A DNA stretch of 64,000 nt, taken from Bdellovibrio sp. ZAP7 (lineage in GTDB: Bacteria; Bdellovibrionota_B; Oligoflexia; Oligoflexales; RGVZ01). The stretch covers positions 5,837-69,836 of the forward strand of contig CAMDKS010000011.1 in NCBI GenBank assembly GCA_945900755.1. Direction: 5' to 3'. Made by a program: the position numbers and the translations under genes. This document shows positions 45,851 to 54,100 of the stretch, piece after piece. The notes below the pieces were generated by a model. That model was not told the origin of the DNA. It saw nothing but the letters and a program-made list of their open reading frames with translations, and searched no databases. Numbering within the stretch: position 1 is the first letter of the stretch; the number at the start of each line of letters is the position of its first letter.

Positions 45851-46422
45851 GACGGCCTATTCAAATAAGAATCGTCGGCCCGCTAAGTTACTGTCTATCC
45901 CTGTTGATTTTGTTTTTTGGGTGTGGGTCAATCCATTTCAAGGGCACCAAAAGTAAGGAAGTCGTGGACTCCGAAGAGCGGCGTGACGAGCTTGATTGGT
46001 TTTATTATGCGCCGGAGCGAATTAGCGTGATGGGAGACAATGCGTTTAGTCTGGAGCTGCGTCGTGATCCTGGGCGTCTAAGAATGGCGCAGGGATTTGG
46101 AGTAGAGAATCCAGAAATTTTGGATCTTGGAGTTTATGGAAAAGTTGGAAATGCGACGGTATTCGTGGCGAAGCAGAGTACAATTTCAAATTATGACCGT
46201 CTGTACTGGCCTCTCGTGCAGGTATTAAGTAAAAAGTATGGCTGTTTTATCAAAAACAAACGGACGCGGGGAAATACTCAGAGGTTTGAGTGTGCAGATC
46301 GTCGAGTTATTGTCGTTCAAAGAAGCATCGGTGGCGGTTTTGCTAAATTCTCCGGACGGCAATTTGACTTGTTGGGTCGGGAGCTCGTAGTGAAGCGCCG
46401 AGTTGCCGCCTATAGGCCTTAG
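45847..46422 (+). CDS. lipoprotein of unknown function, start overlapping the cyclase stop
   Basis: TTG 45847 overlaps TGA 45848..45850. It gives (M)RRPIQIRIVGPLSYCLSLLILFFGCGS, a lipoprotein signal. The ORF-track start at 45706 lies inside the cyclase gene. Confidence 0.5.
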   Translation: MRRPIQIRIVGPLSYCLSLLILFFGCGSIHFKGTKSKEVVDSEERRDELDWFYYAPERISVMGDNAFSLELRRDPGRLRMAQGFGVENPEILDLGVYGKVGNATVFVAKQSTISNYDRLYWPLVQVLSKKYGCFIKNKRTRGNTQRFECADRRVIVVQRSIGGGFAKFSGRQFDLLGRELVVKRRVAAYRP

Positions 46423-46441
46423 GTTGACCTAGGGAGTCAAC

Positions 46442-47059
46442 CTACCGCCGCAGAATCGCTCTAACAGGGCTGGCATCAAATCCCTCTAGGCGCAATGGTA
46501 GTGCAATTAATTCGTAATGGCCGTCTGCAGCGTTAGTTAGGACAATGCCTTCAAGATTCGCCATTTTATATTTAAACAAATTTTGATGTGACCGTAAATC
46601 CTTCGAAGAGAATGGATCGACCGAGGGTGTGTCGATGCCCACGAGAACGACTCCTGCTTGCCCCATCGCAGCAATAGCATCGGGATGAAACGCTGCAAAA
46701 TCTTGATTAAAAACATCTGGATTTGGAAATGAGTTTGTTCGAAATAAAATTCGTTTCGCCCCTGAGGCCAATGGGATGCTGCAATCTGAGGGCATGATCA
46801 TGGGCTTATTTTCAACCGTATGAACAAAGCAAGGTCCAATGTAGGTCTCTATATCAACGGCATGAATACCTACGCCGTCCCTATGATAATGGTGCGGCGC
46901 ATCAGTATGGGCGCCGATGTGCACCGTTGCACGGAGGGTGGAAAGATCAATGTTCTCACCTTTAGAGATATCGACTAAAATTTCACGGCTGAGTGGGGTG
47001 TCGCCAGGCCACACCGCAAGCCGCGGAGAAATAAGCGGAGAAATATCCCAGTAATTCAT
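46442..47059 (-). CDS. kynB: cyclase-family arylformamidase (kynurenine formamidase-like)
   Basis: HIGAHTDAPHHY (HxGTHxDxPxH-type motif). About 205 aa. Confidence 0.75.
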   Translation of the reverse strand: MNYWDISPLISPRLAVWPGDTPLSREILVDISKGENIDLSTLRATVHIGAHTDAPHHYHRDGVGIHAVDIETYIGPCFVHTVENKPMIMPSDCSIPLASGAKRILFRTNSFPNPDVFNQDFAAFHPDAIAAMGQAGVVLVGIDTPSVDPFSSKDLRSHQNLFKYKMANLEGIVLTNAADGHYELIALPLRLEGFDASPVRAILRR

Positions 47060-48411
47060 ACTTTGGTCGGTCCTAGGTCAGATTTCAGGGAGGTTTTGAT
47101 GCGCCTTTGAATTTCGTTTACGGCACCGAGGTATTGAGCCGCAAGTTGGTCGTGGTCTAGTGTGGGCAGCGAGCGGTTCCAGAGGGCCCACTTTCCATTT
47201 ATCATGACATGTTCCACGTCTCTTGCGCCCATGGAATAAATGACGTTGGCCAGCGGATTCTTACAAGGCTCGGCGCTGAGTGATTTTTTAAGGAAAACAA
47301 GATCGGCCTGTTTACCGGCTTCAAGCGTGCCGAGTTCTTTTGAAGCGCCCAGCACGGCCGCAGGTATGGTTGTAGCCATGGCCAATAGATGGTCCGGACT
47401 CAATTTGCTAGTCTCGACGCCTTGATGACGAGCAAATAGGCCAGCGATTTTTATTTCTCCTAAAGAATCTGCAGAGTCGTGGCTGGCAGCGCAATCTGTG
47501 CCAATGGCGAGTGGAATATCTAAGTCGTGCATCAATCTAATATTGGCCAACCGATCATAAATTAACGTGGACGTCGGACAATAGCCAATGGTAGCGCCAG
47601 AATCTTTAATGATTTTTAGGTCCTTCGCAGAGGCGCTGGTAAGATGGACGACCAGTGATCTTGGTCCGAGGGCGCCAGCCTTGTGAGCCGCTTCCACGGC
47701 GGTCAAATGATCGCGTGCTTGGACTCGATCCAATTCGCCTTGAGTTTGGGATAGGTGCATGTGCAAGGTTAAATTATTGGTCCGAGCGTAATCGGCGCAT
47801 TCCTTGAGGAGAGCAGGAGAAACGGTGTCTGCGGCGTGAGGTGACACGACATGCCGGATTAATGGTCCAAAGGATGATTTTTCAATTAGATTCTTAGCCC
47901 GATCCCAGCTGTCGCGGCCAGAAAAGGCCCCCCCAAGATCGGCGACGGTTTCACCAATCCAAGCTCGTACCCCAAATTTTTCGAAGGCACGGCCAATGCC
48001 CTCACTAAAATAATAATGATCGACAAACGAGGTGACTCCCGCACGCAGCCCATCAAAAATATATGAAAACGATAGTGGCTCTAGCAATTCAGGGGTAAGA
48101 CTCTTTTCGGCTGGAAAAAGAAAAGATTCGATCATGTTTGATTTACCGTGGCCTAGACCGCGAAAAAATCCCAAGGATACATGAGTGTGCGTGTTAAACA
48201 GTCCTGGGATAATAATAAATCCGTTGGCATTAATCGTTTTAATTTTTGGATACTGTGATCTTAGACTCTGCGACGACCCAGTGGCTAAGATTTTTCCTCC
48301 GCCGATAAGAATGGCGCCGTCTTCGATCACTGGTAAAAAGGCTCCAGTAATGATCGTTGCGTTCGTGATTAACACGTCTGTGTCAGGTGAAGCGTTGATC
48401 GTCGATTTCAT
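47056..48411 (-). CDS. amidohydrolase-superfamily deaminase/chlorohydrolase-like enzyme
   Basis: PGLFNTHTHVS (HxH metal motif). Downstream blocks LHMHLSQT, VHLT and GTDCAASHDS, typical of the ATZ/TRZ-MtaD/SsnA group. Confidence 0.75.
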   Translation of the reverse strand: MKSTINASPDTDVLITNATIITGAFLPVIEDGAILIGGGKILATGSSQSLRSQYPKIKTINANGFIIIPGLFNTHTHVSLGFFRGLGHGKSNMIESFLFPAEKSLTPELLEPLSFSYIFDGLRAGVTSFVDHYYFSEGIGRAFEKFGVRAWIGETVADLGGAFSGRDSWDRAKNLIEKSSFGPLIRHVVSPHAADTVSPALLKECADYARTNNLTLHMHLSQTQGELDRVQARDHLTAVEAAHKAGALGPRSLVVHLTSASAKDLKIIKDSGATIGYCPTSTLIYDRLANIRLMHDLDIPLAIGTDCAASHDSADSLGEIKIAGLFARHQGVETSKLSPDHLLAMATTIPAAVLGASKELGTLEAGKQADLVFLKKSLSAEPCKNPLANVIYSMGARDVEHVMINGKWALWNRSLPTLDHDQLAAQYLGAVNEIQRRIKTSLKSDLGPTKV

Positions 48412-49592
48412 TTAACACAAGCCTCGATGATTTTAATATTCTCAGCGTTTGAGTCTGGGCTCAATGGGCCGAATGAAAATCTTATGAAATTTGCGTGAGG
48501 TCCTTTTTCACCAAGACGATTCATGTCGCAAAGAGTGCCAGGCAAGATGGCCGCTTTGTGCTTATAAAGTCGTTGGTTGAATTCAAGGGCTGAGAGGCCC
48601 CGAGGCAGTCGTCCCCAGTGGTAGAAACCGCCGTCCCCAGTGCAAAGCTCAATGCCACATTTTGCAAGTCCGAGTTCATAGACGTCACGTTGCTTGTTAT
48701 AAAAATTTGTGACAGCGGTTCTTGCCAGGGACACGCGAGCATGTTCCAAAAGATTTGTGACGCAGATTTGAGCCGGTCTCGATACACCGCCCATAGCAAT
48801 AGAAGAAAAATTTCTAAAAATTTCGATATGCTTTTGGGCGGCAATAACCCAGCCAGTGCGCAGACCAGGAGCTTGGAGGCCCTTGGTGGCTGCGCCAACA
48901 ACAAACAAGTTTGTTGTGTCTATGTCTTTAATAAATTTCAGGACACTCACTGGGCCGTCCTTGTGAAAAAACTCGTAGGCTTCATCAAATATTGCCGCAT
49001 GATTTTCATTACTTGCAAACGCAACCAAATCCGAGAGTTGCTGCCCAGTCCAGGTTACGCCGGTTGGGTTGCATGGATTGCTTTTAATGATTAACGTACG
49101 CCCGGGCGTATTTTTTCTTGCCGCCTGATAATCGTCTAATTTCGGTCTGAAATTGTTATTGGGATTGCTTGGAATCAATGTGTGAGCACGCTTCAGGTTT
49201 TTCAGCATGTCGTAGTAAGGCGTATATTCTGTCTCTTCAATCATGACGTGGACATCGGATTGAAGGTGCATCAGTGCTGAAAAAATTGCAGGACGGCCGC
49301 CTGCAAAAACGGCGACGTTTTCTTCGGAAATATTTGAACCGTAAAATTTATTGTAGTAGTCGGCAATCGCTTTTCGCAGCGGTTCAGTACCTGTGGCTGC
49401 AGGATATTTAAGGTCGCTGGGCCCAAATTCGATCGAAGATGGCATCGCTGGTCCATCAGGTAGCTGGGTCGTCAGTGGGAAGCCCTGAGCCCACGGTCTG
49501 GTACCGTCGTCCCCCATATACAGCCCTGTAGCCGTTTGAAAATTAAACAGGGTTTCATAAACCCCCATCGGCGGGAATCGATTTAAAAACAT
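48408..49592 (-). CDS. class I/II PLP-dependent aminotransferase
   Basis: SNPCNPTG. PLP-lysine region GAATKGLQAPGLRTGW. AGGGAGGA RBS. Confidence 0.8.
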   Translation of the reverse strand: MFLNRFPPMGVYETLFNFQTATGLYMGDDGTRPWAQGFPLTTQLPDGPAMPSSIEFGPSDLKYPAATGTEPLRKAIADYYNKFYGSNISEENVAVFAGGRPAIFSALMHLQSDVHVMIEETEYTPYYDMLKNLKRAHTLIPSNPNNNFRPKLDDYQAARKNTPGRTLIIKSNPCNPTGVTWTGQQLSDLVAFASNENHAAIFDEAYEFFHKDGPVSVLKFIKDIDTTNLFVVGAATKGLQAPGLRTGWVIAAQKHIEIFRNFSSIAMGGVSRPAQICVTNLLEHARVSLARTAVTNFYNKQRDVYELGLAKCGIELCTGDGGFYHWGRLPRGLSALEFNQRLYKHKAAILPGTLCDMNRLGEKGPHANFIRFSFGPLSPDSNAENIKIIEACVK

Positions 49593-49667
49593 AGGTAGTT
49601 CCTCCCTTTATTAAAGGATAATACACTAATTTTACAATTATTCATCACCCAAAAATCAGTGCCAACA

Positions 49668-50606
49668 TTATTTGAGTTTGCGCTCTGCTTTGGCCTTATA
49701 CTCAATGTATTCCTTAGAACTGTGAATCCAGCCAAAATCCTTTTGTGTTAGGGATAGTTGGAGCTCGGTTTTGTATTTTTTAGGATCAAGTAAAAAAGCT
49801 TCTAAATAGAAAATGGCGTCGGAAGCGCTCCCCGATTTTGCGTGGCATCGTGCCAGCAAAAATTGGCCTCGTCGAACGCTGAGTTCGTCTTCGGCCCAAA
49901 CTTTATTAGATTTTTTTAGCGTCATTATTTTAGTGAGTGGGACTATGGCCTTGTCACACTTTTCAATCGCGCGATAAGCAAAACCCATGTGAAACAGGCC
50001 GGGAACATCCATGTCGTTTTCCCGCTCCGCCGCCAGATAGAGGTCTATCGCCTCTTGATATTTTCTTGCGGCATATTTTTTGTCGGCATCTATATATGCT
50101 TTTGTATGAGGCTTACGTGCAGGCCTAACTTCCGCAGGAGACCCAATTACGGCGCCCCCCATAACTTTAACATCAGTCAATAGGTAGCCGTTTTCAAGTA
50201 AGCAAGGGACGGCAGCACTTCCGTTGCAGCATTGTTCGTTAAGCATGGCCGATATTCGTTTTGATTTTATGGCTTCGCACGTGGTCTGCCCAGAGCGTAT
50301 AAAAAAGGGTTCTTTTTGGCCGTGGAGGACTCCTTTACTTGTGCTGATGCCGGTGCGAACGGCATTGCTTAGCACTACGGTACCTCTGATAATAAGGCCG
50401 CTATAAGACTGAAATAAGTCATTTCGTTGTGCGGGATCTAGGTCTTTGATAAATTGGAATTCATGTTTGTTGCCATTAAAAACGTCAGGAGTAAATGGCG
50501 CACAAGCCGTCACGTCGATGGCAACACTGCCCTTGATGAGTTCGACACAAACATCCTGAGCCCTCGCAGGAGGGCTCAGATGCAAAAGAGAGATTGTAAT
50601 AAGCAT
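49668..50606 (-). CDS. secreted protein with TPR-like C-terminal half
   Basis: ATG 50606 gives signal MLITISLLHLSPPARAQ. TPR-like YQEAIDLYLAA...FHMGFAYRAIEKCDKAI. The ORF-track start at 50669 would overlap the upstream gene. Confidence 0.5.
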   Translation of the reverse strand: MLITISLLHLSPPARAQDVCVELIKGSVAIDVTACAPFTPDVFNGNKHEFQFIKDLDPAQRNDLFQSYSGLIIRGTVVLSNAVRTGISTSKGVLHGQKEPFFIRSGQTTCEAIKSKRISAMLNEQCCNGSAAVPCLLENGYLLTDVKVMGGAVIGSPAEVRPARKPHTKAYIDADKKYAARKYQEAIDLYLAAERENDMDVPGLFHMGFAYRAIEKCDKAIVPLTKIMTLKKSNKVWAEDELSVRRGQFLLARCHAKSGSASDAIFYLEAFLLDPKKYKTELQLSLTQKDFGWIHSSKEYIEYKAKAERKLK

Positions 50607-50620
50607 CCATACAGCGACGG

Positions 50621-51784
50621 TTATTTTGTCGCAGGGGGCGCAGCTTTTTTGTCTGTTCCATCTAACCAAAGTATTTTTCCCTCGCTAGCGTATTTGTTAT
50701 TGTGTTGGTCACGATATTCAAATTTAACTTCTAACCCTGCTGGAGCGATTGTTTTATCTATTGTAATTGATGGCACCGAGAAATTGTAGTTAATAATGGA
50801 GGGAGTGAAATTTATTTCAGTCCAGTCATCAACGCCAACCACGCGGTATTTCATTAGGCCCTCTAAAATTTCGTTTGCGGCCAGTTTACTTAAGGTGCTA
50901 GCTAAATTGCCTGCTTGAACGGATCCAACGTGAAGCGGGGCTCCACCAATGTCTTTACTTGCGATATCGTTCTTCAAAATTGAGTCGTTACCACTGCCAA
51001 GCATAGCCGTACCAATGGTTACAGGAATTGACTTTCCTGCGATGCTGATGCCTGGACTTTTGAAGCGAGTAGCGAGCGCAGGGCCGGTAGTGTCTTCTGG
51101 TTCTCCGTCAGAAACGAAGTAGAGCTCCTTTATCGCATCAGAGCGACCGGCTGAAAGAATTGACTCCGCTGCCTTTAGGCCGGCTCCGTATTCGGTACCG
51201 CCGACGGCCCTGCAAAGCGCATCTGAGATGGATCCGGAACCTGATAGGTCAGTAAAAAGATTCGTGCGATCGCCAAACATTGTAGAGGATCGCGCAGTCA
51301 CCCCAGTCGAAAATGTAACGATACCAAAACGGGTGTCTCCACCGCGACTCACTATATCATCAATGATGCTTTCAACCGCTTTAAGGCGGCCGCACGACTT
51401 ATTCAAGAGAGGGTCGGCACCGCCTGTACCTCCCATAGATCCTGAGACATCGATGACAAAAACGATGTCGCGAGGAAGAGTCACAGGAGGGCAAATTTTT
51501 CCACTAAAAATAAGTGGCGTTTTGTCGAACGAGGAGGGCTTGAATTTATGTTCCCCTGGGCCAGATACTACGACATTGCTGCCCGCAGTTTCCGGAGGGG
51601 TTGCCGGTGCGCTGTCACATTGCCAAAACCATGTTAAATTTTCAATTTTTTGACCGGTATATCCTTTAGTGGCATTCGATGTTGATTTTCCGTTGCCGCT
51701 ATTAAATTTAGCGTCGCTACCGCAGCTGGTATAAAGAGAAACTGCACTACCAGCAAATAAACACAATACGAGTAAATGATGCAT
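50621..51784 (-). CDS. lipoprotein with von Willebrand factor A (VWA) domain
   Basis: Lipobox SLYTSCGS. MIDAS motif VFVIDVSGSMGG. TFST...T, VSDGEP. Confidence 0.8.
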   Translation of the reverse strand: MHHLLVLCLFAGSAVSLYTSCGSDAKFNSGNGKSTSNATKGYTGQKIENLTWFWQCDSAPATPPETAGSNVVVSGPGEHKFKPSSFDKTPLIFSGKICPPVTLPRDIVFVIDVSGSMGGTGGADPLLNKSCGRLKAVESIIDDIVSRGGDTRFGIVTFSTGVTARSSTMFGDRTNLFTDLSGSGSISDALCRAVGGTEYGAGLKAAESILSAGRSDAIKELYFVSDGEPEDTTGPALATRFKSPGISIAGKSIPVTIGTAMLGSGNDSILKNDIASKDIGGAPLHVGSVQAGNLASTLSKLAANEILEGLMKYRVVGVDDWTEINFTPSIINYNFSVPSITIDKTIAPAGLEVKFEYRDQHNNKYASEGKILWLDGTDKKAAPPATK

Positions 51785-51885
51785 AATTTGATTCCTCCAA
51801 TAAGTTATGTGATGGCACTCCTCTCAGGAGCAGTGCCCACGTGAGAGTGTTCGGCGATGTCTGGCAATAATTTAGGACTGCAATG

Positions 51886-51978
51886 TAACTAATTGAATAT
51901 ATATGGATAATTGTTGGCAATTGGGGGCTGTCCAAAAGGGACTGCGGTGTCGAGGTGGGGATTTAAATATAAATGCTC
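51886..51978. repeat. 93-bp direct repeat, left copy
   Basis: Identical to 53926..54018 except position 51893 (T versus C). Confidence 0.95.
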
Positions 51979-52036
51979 AGTTCTCTAACGAAAGGGCGCA
52001 ACCGATGGCCCCTCGCTAGGCTTTCTATCGATTATG

Positions 52037-53365
52037 TTAAAGAATGCTAAAAAGTGGCACGTAAGTCACGCCTCGATCCACAAGAACATCAGAACGTTCT
52101 TGGAGACATATGGATTGTTTTGTTTCTGGATAAGTTTTTAGAAATTGCAACAGGCTACGCAATTTTCCGCCGCGTCCTGATTTGACCTCAACAGGAATAA
52201 TTTTTGATGATCTCACTATCAGAAAATCAACTTCAGCTTTGGCGTTCTTTTCACTGCGAAACCAGCAAAAAAGAGCTCCGCGCTCGGATCCTGCGTGTGG
52301 CCCTGCAAGAAGCTGCTGACCTACAAATTGCTCGGCAAGTCGTCCTTCCATAGCATCCAAGATCACACCGTCTAAGAGCAGTTGGGTGTATTGGCCTCCT
52401 GCCAAATGGAACATCAGCCCAATATCTAAAAATATACATTTAAAATGCTTTTCATTCGCACTTCCTCCCAGAGGAAGCCCACTTGCGTTTGCAGATCGAA
52501 CGATATGGATTAATTTTGCTTTTGCCAATAATTCAAGCGAATTCTTTGTTCGCTTGTGATCATCGCTGGGATTGATTGTTGAATATGTTATCTCACTTCC
52601 TACTATTTTGCTTAATTTAACCCAAGTTGATTGAAGATTAGAGATTTGTTTGTCACCTTTGGTATATTTGAGAACATCGGCCTCAAAACTCTCGATGAGC
52701 GACGATTGAATTTTGCGAACACTTTCAAATGATTTTTTAGATGCAAAACTTGCGACGCACTCGGGCATTCCTCCGATTGCGCTATATTCACGACACGCCG
52801 TGTACAGGCTATTTGCCGCGGCCTCATTGATATTTTTAGGTTTAAAGTCTCCGTCATAAAAAAATGGGATTGATTTCAAAAGCATTTCGCGACCTGTTGC
52901 GTTTAAAAACTCTTGAAAGTTAAGTGGATAGATTGTTAAAAAATCGATGCGACCTACAGGAATCGAAATTTTTTCTAACGCAAATTCCAAGAGGCTTCCG
53001 GCGGCAATAATAAATATATTTTTCTTTTTTTCCTTAAAATAACGTAGGCAAGAAATGGCTTGAGGACACTCTTGAATTTCGTCAAAAAATATTAGATCCT
53101 GATGAAGGTTGATTTCCCGTTGCGCGAAGAGTTCTAGCTGGGACATGATTTTATCGATATCAAAATCACCAGCAAAGACTTTTTTCAGTTCCTTCTTTTC
53201 CTCAAAATTAAAGACGTGAACCTTGTTAAAAAAACGGCCTCCAAATTGTTCGACTAAAAAAGATTTCCCCACCTGCCTCGCCCCGCGGAGCGCCAAGGGC
53301 TTTCGCTCGGGGTCATTTTTCCAGTTGATGAGCTCAATTTCCGCATTTCTCTTAATAATCACCAT
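52037..53365 (-). CDS. COG1373-type AAA+ ATPase with C-terminal DUF4143/PD-(D/E)xK-like domain
   Basis: Walker A GARQVGKS. Walker B LIFFDEIQ. C-terminal AEVDFLIV...IPVEVKSG (D...ExK nuclease-like signature). Confidence 0.75.
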   Translation of the reverse strand: MVIIKRNAEIELINWKNDPERKPLALRGARQVGKSFLVEQFGGRFFNKVHVFNFEEKKELKKVFAGDFDIDKIMSQLELFAQREINLHQDLIFFDEIQECPQAISCLRYFKEKKKNIFIIAAGSLLEFALEKISIPVGRIDFLTIYPLNFQEFLNATGREMLLKSIPFFYDGDFKPKNINEAAANSLYTACREYSAIGGMPECVASFASKKSFESVRKIQSSLIESFEADVLKYTKGDKQISNLQSTWVKLSKIVGSEITYSTINPSDDHKRTKNSLELLAKAKLIHIVRSANASGLPLGGSANEKHFKCIFLDIGLMFHLAGGQYTQLLLDGVILDAMEGRLAEQFVGQQLLAGPHAGSERGALFCWFRSEKNAKAEVDFLIVRSSKIIPVEVKSGRGGKLRSLLQFLKTYPETKQSICLQERSDVLVDRGVTYVPLFSIL

Positions 53366-53487
53366 GTAATACGCCTCTATTTAATTTTCATGAGAGCCGA
53401 ACAACTCCATATTACCACCCATTTTAAAGTGTGTCACACCCTAAATACAACCATATTTAAGTCGTATTCTTTGCTGCGCCGCACATA

Positions 53488-53547
53488 CTGCCCCCAGATG
53501 CCTAACAAGACATTCGGAAACTTAGTCGGCCAATGATGGCCGCACTA
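53488..53547. repeat. left arm of an imperfect ~60-bp inverted duplication
   Basis: Pairs with 53731..53791, roughly 85% by eye. The central GGCC-AATGAT-GGCC has the same orientation in both arms. Confidence 0.7.
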
Positions 53548-53730
53548 TGCAACCATCTACTTGAAGTTTTTCAATTCTACAGTTGCTAGATGACGTTCGC
53601 CGGTGATTTCGGCTGGAGTTTTCCCGACGTGACTAGAGTACAGCCATAACAAATGGGTATAATCCGTCGTAATTCCCCGAAATGCGACGCGTCGCGACCT
53701 CTTTGGCTGCCCGAGTTACCCTTTGGTGTC

Positions 53731-53791
53731 TACAGTGCGGCCAATGATGGCCGACCAGTTTCCCGAATGCCTTGTTGCGCATCTGGGCGGC
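53731..53791. repeat. right arm of the inverted duplication
   Basis: Its reverse complement reads ttgccgcccagatgcgcaacaaggcattcgggaaactggtcggccatcattggccgcactgt, against the left arm tgcccccagatgcctaacaagacattcggaaacttagtcggccaatgatggccgcactat. Confidence 0.7.
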
Positions 53792-53925
53792 AAAATGAAA
53801 AAAGCTGCGTAGCTGATAAATAAGCATTAGCGAGTAGAGAAAGGAAAGAGGAAAACGCCCGTGGTGATTTGCCGAGATCCTTCGCTGCGCTCAGGACACG
53901 TCTCTGGCGCTTCCGCACCAGAGAC

Positions 53926-54018
53926 TAACTAACTGAATATATATGGATAATTGTTGGCAATTGGGGGCTGTCCAAAAGGGACTGCGGTGTCGAGGTGGGG
54001 ATTTAAATATAAATGCTC
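53926..54018. repeat. 93-bp direct repeat, right copy
   Basis: See 51886..51978. Confidence 0.95.
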
Positions 54019-54100
54019 GGAATGCTCACGTTGTTGCGGAAAGTTTGTTAAAATAATCAACATGGTCGTTTTGATTTTTAATTAATTTGGGAGTGCATAT

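Larger units (their letters stand above)
51886..54018. mobile_element. candidate inserted cassette bounded by 93-bp direct repeats (no recombinase inside)
   Basis: The repeats are exactly 2040 bp apart. One ATPase gene plus 560 bp of non-coding DNA lie between them. The flanking genes are divergent and would share a normal intergenic region if a single repeat copy remained. Confidence 0.4.

Noticed and set aside
51914-51930. TGGCAATTGGGGGCT inside the 93-bp repeat as a sigma-54 promoter
   Set aside because: The -12 position reads GGCT instead of TTGC, so there is no GC at the required distance from GG.
53633-53918. Two overlapping minus-strand ORFs (64 and 62 aa) inside the cassette
   Set aside because: They overlap each other in different frames, lack an RBS, and coincide with the inverted duplication. 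At best they are gene remnants, and I could not assign them to any transposase family by eye.
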